Source: Mycobacterium phage prophiT36-1. Taken from it: DNA of 64,000 bases. Below, piece after piece: positions 59,962 through 64,000 of the stretch (its first letter is position 1; every line of letters begins with the position of its first letter). The DNA lies in sequence record OQ417966.1. One strand, given 5' to 3'. The position numbers and the translations under genes were made by a program. The notes under the pieces were generated by a model. It worked only from the letters and a program-made list of their open reading frames with translations. It had not been told where the DNA came from and did no database searches.

Positions 59962-60171
59962 GGTTCGGCTCCCCCTCGGTTGTAGTTGAGCGGCAGATTA
60001 CAAGATCCCGTGCAGGTCAGGAGTGGTAACGCGTGTCTCCATGGTTCTGGGGACGCACTGCAGTGGGCAGTGGTCGACCAAAGATCTACTGCGAAGGGCC
60101 CTGCCAGGGCTTGTTCCCTGGCCTACGATTGCCGCAACCGCCAGCCGCGTGCGGTCGTGAATGGAGGGGAC

Positions 60172-60543
60172 ATGGGCATCGAGAATCTGATCAACAGCGC
60201 GAACGCTGGTCAGCTGGCTTTGCATATAGATGATGAGGCGTTCAACGAGCTGATCAAGGCCTGCGATACCTACATCGATTCATTGCGGGAACTGCATGAC
60301 GACGCTACGAATCTGAGTTATCACCCGCTGGGGTTCTCGGAAGATCACCTGTCGTCGGGCGCGCAGCTGGCGAAGAAGTTCCAAGATAAGGCCGGCGCTC
60401 CGGACAACAGCGCTGCGGCGACGTTCAAATCGCACATTGAGCGTGTTGAGGAATTCAAATCGCTGTTCGTGGCCGCCCGGAAGGCGTACCAGCAGACCGA
60501 GGAGCACAACACGCGGGCTTTCAAGCCAGGCGATGGCCACTAG
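60172..60543 (+). CDS. hypothetical helical protein (first gene of plus-strand cassette near attR)
   Basis: ATG at 60172 preceded by a GGAGGGGA RBS. 123 aa. Its stop overlaps the next start. Confidence 0.5.
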   Translation: MGIENLINSANAGQLALHIDDEAFNELIKACDTYIDSLRELHDDATNLSYHPLGFSEDHLSSGAQLAKKFQDKAGAPDNSAAATFKSHIERVEEFKSLFVAARKAYQQTEEHNTRAFKPGDGH

Positions 60544-61093
60544 CCGCTACGCGTGGGTCGTCGCGGCGCTGTCAACCGCCCTGCTGGCCTCGTGTAGCCA
60601 CTCGGGTATTCAGAGCACCGCAGCGAGCACCACAACCGCAACAACATCCGCCGTCGCCACCAACGCCAAGGGGCGGCCGACCGTCTCGTACGACCCCTGC
60701 AAGCAGATCCCGGCGAGCGTTATCGCTCAGCAGAAGCTAGATCGACGCCCGCCGCGGCCGAATCGTTCTAGTGACGGAGAGACCGAAAACAACACCTGCG
60801 GATACTTGGCGCCAGAGGACTACGGGGTGACGGTAGCTGCGTCGAACTACACGCTCGACATGGACAAGAAGACCTATCCGAACTCGACCGCTCTCGATAT
60901 CGGTGGTCGGCCGGCGCGGAGCTTCTTTCTCTTTGACGGGAACACTGATACCTGCGCTATCGATATCGCGGCGCCTTTCGGCACGTACGGCGTGAAGGTC
61001 GACAGCACGTCTGGCAAGTTTGGCCAGTTCCCTGATTGCCTCACCGCGGCACGTGCGCATCTGGATGCGTTCCTGCCGTATTTTCCTGCGTAG
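60533..61093 (+). CDS. lipoprotein
   Basis: ATG at 60533 (MATSRYAWVVAALSTALLAS|C). Lipobox LLASC. The upstream stop overlaps by 11 nt. Confidence 0.55.
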   Translation: MATSRYAWVVAALSTALLASCSHSGIQSTAASTTTATTSAVATNAKGRPTVSYDPCKQIPASVIAQQKLDRRPPRPNRSSDGETENNTCGYLAPEDYGVTVAASNYTLDMDKKTYPNSTALDIGGRPARSFFLFDGNTDTCAIDIAAPFGTYGVKVDSTSGKFGQFPDCLTAARAHLDAFLPYFPA

Positions 61094-61170
61094 CAAACGG
61101 TTGGACTCTGGCGGGGCACGGTAACTACACGTATAGTTCCCGGATATCCGTGATCAGAGGGGGGCCTCTC

Positions 61171-61464
61171 ATGCCTGAAGAACCGCTTAGTGTGCATCCC
61201 GAGACGTTGATCCGGCAGGCGAATCTGTTGCTGGATGGCATTACCCAATCCAAGGTCGAGCACGGCAGGCACCACGACACCCTGGCGTCAGCAGGTGCGG
61301 GGATGCTCGATGCCACCAAGGCGGCACTGGAGAAGGCGCATGAGGCGCTTGTAGATCAGACGCGCGTGCTTCATCACCAGCTGACCCAGCACGCGGACGG
61401 CATGCATGAGTTCACTGGGCTTGCGGTCACCATGGACGAGCAGAATCGGGCGGGCTTCAAGTGA
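61171..61464 (+). CDS. small helical protein (Esx/WXG100-partner-like size and position)
   Basis: 98 aa, two predicted helices, RBS-like AGAGGGGGG upstream. Its stop overlaps the GTG of the next gene (GTGA). Confidence 0.45.
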   Translation: MPEEPLSVHPETLIRQANLLLDGITQSKVEHGRHHDTLASAGAGMLDATKAALEKAHEALVDQTRVLHHQLTQHADGMHEFTGLAVTMDEQNRAGFK

Positions 61465-62831
61465 CCACCTGCGATGGTGTGGAGCATTGGGACGATGAGG
61501 GCCTGAAAAACGTCATCGGCACTATGGATGGCATTCACAAGTCCCACGTCAAGCTCGGCGACACTCTCGACGGTGTGCAGGCCAATCTCGAAAGCTGGGG
61601 CGGTCTGACGGCTGAGGCGTGGCGAGCGTATCACGGCAAGATCCGCGTCGATATCGATGCGCAAGGACACCAGGCAAAAGCCGTCGCGGACAAGCTGCGG
61701 CCCTTGTACGACGAAGTTCTGGGCATCAAGAGCCGCTTCCGCTACCTCAAGTCGACCATCGAAAACAACGGCCACTTCGGCAGCGACGGCCAAATGGTCC
61801 ACTGGAAACTCAACAACGACGGCACCATCAACACCGGCGGCTCCACCAAGAGCGCAGACGAAGCATTCGCCAAGCAACAACTCGAAGACGAGATGAAAGC
61901 GTTGCTGCACAAGGCAGATGGCGTCGACCAGGAGATCGCAGACGCGCTCAAAGCCATCACCACGCCGGGCGGTGCAGTGGCGGACGGTCCACACGTCGGG
62001 CAGCCCCCCGTGCCGACATCGCCGCACCCAGAACCCAAGCCGGAAGACAAACCCAAGGCCGACGACGCCACCATCGCCGCCGGCACACTCACCCCGGCCG
62101 ACCAGCTACCGCTTCCCTCCAAGGACGGAACGGTACCGAGCCTTACGGAAGCGAATGCACGGCACACAGGGCCGGAGAGCGGTAAAGACTTCCTGCACAA
62201 CAATCCTCGGCCGTCGCCGCTACTTGCGGGGTTGTCGGCGAATGAATGGCGGCAACGACTGGCCAACTTCAAACCCGGCGACCCGCTGCCCGATCCACGA
62301 ACTCCCACGGGCGACAAGAACATTGACACCATCGCACATGCCGCCGGGCAGCAGAACACGACCTACGCCTGGGGCGGCAACCGGGACAAGGACGGCCCCT
62401 CTGTCGGCACACTGCAGGGCGACCCGCCGCCCGGAACGCCCGGCGAGGGGCCACTCGGCGGCGGTGCCCACACCTACCAGGACAATCTGCGAACTGGCTA
62501 CGACTGCGGCGGTTTGGTCCGCTACTCGCTTGAGCAGGGTGCAGGCATAGACGTTGACCAGGGCACCAACACTATTGACCGCGGCGGGAGGTTGGAGCGT
62601 GTGGCACCACTGGTCCCCGGCGCGACCATCGGCAACGACAACACGCAGGCGGGCAACATCTTGATATTCGGAGGTTCGCAGCCTTGGGCGGCCAACTGGG
62701 ACACCACCCACACGGGCATCTACCTCGGCAACGGATACATGATCAATGCTCCCGGCTCGGGAGACCCGGTACGAGTGGATCCCGTGAAAGGCCATGGCAA
62801 CGCCGACATCTTGCGGATACCGGGATCATGA
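61461..62831 (+). CDS. WXG-motif N-terminal domain, Pro-rich linker, C-terminal NlpC/P60 cysteine peptidase (cell-wall hydrolase/effector)
   Basis: N-terminal ESWGGLTAEAW (W-x-G). Central PVPTSPHPEPKPEDKPK linker. C-terminus has YAWGG...YDCGGLVRYS (catalytic Cys) and HTGIYLGNGYMINAP (His), i.e. an NlpC/P60 fold. Confidence 0.7.
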   Translation: MTTCDGVEHWDDEGLKNVIGTMDGIHKSHVKLGDTLDGVQANLESWGGLTAEAWRAYHGKIRVDIDAQGHQAKAVADKLRPLYDEVLGIKSRFRYLKSTIENNGHFGSDGQMVHWKLNNDGTINTGGSTKSADEAFAKQQLEDEMKALLHKADGVDQEIADALKAITTPGGAVADGPHVGQPPVPTSPHPEPKPEDKPKADDATIAAGTLTPADQLPLPSKDGTVPSLTEANARHTGPESGKDFLHNNPRPSPLLAGLSANEWRQRLANFKPGDPLPDPRTPTGDKNIDTIAHAAGQQNTTYAWGGNRDKDGPSVGTLQGDPPPGTPGEGPLGGGAHTYQDNLRTGYDCGGLVRYSLEQGAGIDVDQGTNTIDRGGRLERVAPLVPGATIGNDNTQAGNILIFGGSQPWAANWDTTHTGIYLGNGYMINAPGSGDPVRVDPVKGHGNADILRIPGS

Positions 62832-63379
62832 AACGGGCCATCATCGTGCTGGCGGCCCTGTCTGCGGCCTGTGCCCCGACAACGACGACGGAAACCAAGA
62901 CCGTCGCTACAACCACTGCGATCAGCGATCCGGCGCTCACCGCCCGATTCACCAAGGTCTTGTGGCCAACGATCATGGACTACCGGTACTACGGCCAAGG
63001 CGACCCACAATCGCCGCCAGGGCCGAATTCCGATATGGCCAAATTCAAGGCGGTATTAGCACCGGGAGCCACGGTCGATATCAAGCATCGTGCACAGGGC
63101 ATCGGCGAAGTCCTCGGACCAGATGGGGTAGAACTGGGCGAGACCAATAATGTGAATCTCGCAAATACCTCCATCACGGAACTCAAAGGTTCCGATGCGA
63201 CGGTACTTGCCTGCTACACCTACGATTTCACCGCACGCAGCGAGTACCCTCACACCAACGACCACGCAGTTCCAGGCGCCTCAGAGGTCACGTTCACCCT
63301 GCGCAAGACTACCGACTGGCTCGTGAGCGACATCGCCAACAATCACACGGTGCCCGACTGCCAACCCAGCAAGGCATAA
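62828..63379 (+). CDS. lipoprotein (possible immunity/partner of the NlpC/P60 protein)
   Basis: ATGA overlap with the upstream gene. Signal peptide MKRAIIVLAALSAAC with lipobox LSAAC. 183 aa. Confidence 0.55.
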   Translation: MKRAIIVLAALSAACAPTTTTETKTVATTTAISDPALTARFTKVLWPTIMDYRYYGQGDPQSPPGPNSDMAKFKAVLAPGATVDIKHRAQGIGEVLGPDGVELGETNNVNLANTSITELKGSDATVLACYTYDFTARSEYPHTNDHAVPGASEVTFTLRKTTDWLVSDIANNHTVPDCQPSKA

Positions 63380-63499
63380 GCCGACACGTGTGACCACACT
63401 GATAACTGCCGGCTGATCGAGCGGTCCTGATTCGGCAGCTTGTAGCGGAAGTCGAATGCGGGGTTCCGCTAACAAGAGCGCACCTCTAATATCGAACAT

Positions 63500-63850
63500 G
63501 TGTTCGAAAGGTGGGGCAGCAATCCGCGGTTCCCGACCCTGAAGCGGATCTATCGGCTGGTGTACGTCAACATGCGCCGGGCTTTGCCAGAGAGCGTGGG
63601 TGGAGGTGTCCGGAACCGCAACATCACGGTGCGTGCAGAGGGGCTGCGCATCGAGGAATGGATGCGCGGCTACCAGATCGCATGGATGCGGACGCACGAT
63701 TCGCACTGGATTGGGGTGGTGCAGATCGACGTGCTCAGTGACAACGAGATGTCGAGCGTGACGATGACCCTGTGGCTGGCGCCCAGCATGTTCCAGGTCG
63801 AGCGGCCGGACGGCTTCTATGAGAATCCGTACCGGCGACGGTACCGATGA
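63500..63850 (+). CDS. hypothetical protein
   Basis: 116-aa ATG ORF between the last lipoprotein gene and the att-like site. No motif. Codon usage looks less typical. Confidence 0.3.
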   Translation: MFERWGSNPRFPTLKRIYRLVYVNMRRALPESVGGGVRNRNITVRAEGLRIEEWMRGYQIAWMRTHDSHWIGVVQIDVLSDNEMSSVTMTLWLAPSMFQVERPDGFYENPYRRRYR

Positions 63851-63961
63851 GCACCCGAATTGGGGTGTTGGATGATCCAACATTCCGATAGGTTTCCGCA
63901 GGTCGGGCATAGGTCTCAACAGGTCCGTTTTTTCGGCAAGAAAAGCTCTGACCTGCGAATA

Positions 63962-64000
63962 TAGGTGGATAACAAGGGGTTCGAGTCCCCTTAGCTCCAC
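63962..64000 (+). other. 3'-terminal fragment of a tRNA (T-arm plus acceptor strand): probable prophage attachment-site core (attR-like)
   Basis: aaGGGGTTCGAGTCCCCttagctccac has a 5-bp T-stem (AGGGG/CCCCT), a TTCGAGT T-loop, and then a 7-nt acceptor 3' strand plus discriminator. No matching 5' acceptor, D-arm or anticodon arm lies upstream, so this is a partial copy of the kind phage integration creates. Confidence 0.45.

Noticed and set aside
63894-63957. 8-bp inverted repeat CGCAGGTC...GACCTGCG flanking about 45 bp just upstream of the tRNA fragment, as integrase core sites
   Set aside because: The spacing is far larger than the 6-8 bp overlap region of tyrosine-integrase core sites. It is too short to distinguish from chance.
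63281-64000. 239-aa minus-strand ORF running to the window end
   Set aside because: It spans the tRNA-fragment/att region and non-coding DNA. Its N-terminus (MELRGLEPL) is simply the reverse translation of the tRNA T-arm and acceptor.
63925-64000. Complete tRNA gene at the window end
   Set aside because: Only the T-arm and acceptor 3' strand fold. No complementary 5' acceptor strand (GGAGCTA), D-arm or anticodon stem exists upstream. Called as a partial att-site copy instead.
1-64000. CRISPR arrays, rRNA genes, classical IS elements with DDE transposases
   Set aside because: No short regularly spaced direct repeats, no rRNA-like conserved stretches and no DDE-transposase-like ORFs were seen. 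The only mobility genes are tyrosine recombinases.

Overview
High-GC actinobacteriophage-type (mycobacteriophage-like) prophage segment carrying a 22,768-bp mobile element as two tandem copies.

Layout:
- 1-9.9 kb: minor tail genes on the plus strand, including a Gly-rich collagen-like tail protein.
- 9949-32716 and 32717-55484: the element, present as two apparently base-identical head-to-tail copies inserted between the tail genes and the lysis cassette.
- 55.8-58.4 kb: lysis cassette (LysA amidase-2/PGRP endolysin, LysB GYSMG esterase).
- 58.5-60.0 kb: minus-strand block.
- 60.2-63.4 kb: plus-strand cassette with a WXG-motif/NlpC-P60 protein and lipoproteins.
- 63962-64000: a 3'-terminal tRNA fragment (T-arm plus acceptor) that looks like an attR core.

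Each element copy starts with three overlapping tyrosine-recombinase genes (RIT 'recombinase in trio' / Tn554-like) plus a small HTH gene. Its roughly 17 kb of cargo includes:
- a 1161-aa SF2 helicase with a large unknown C-terminal region;
- a divergent XRE regulator;
- two proteins with D...EVK (PD-(D/E)xK-like) motifs, one fused to a sigma70-region-4-like HTH;
- an OLD-family ABC-ATPase/TOPRIM nuclease;
- a secreted Pro/Gln-rich toxin-like protein with an overlapping small downstream ORF;
- lipoproteins, an ImmA-like HExxH metallopeptidase, and two gene remnants.

All calls are from reading the sequence and the six-frame ORF track. No searches were run.
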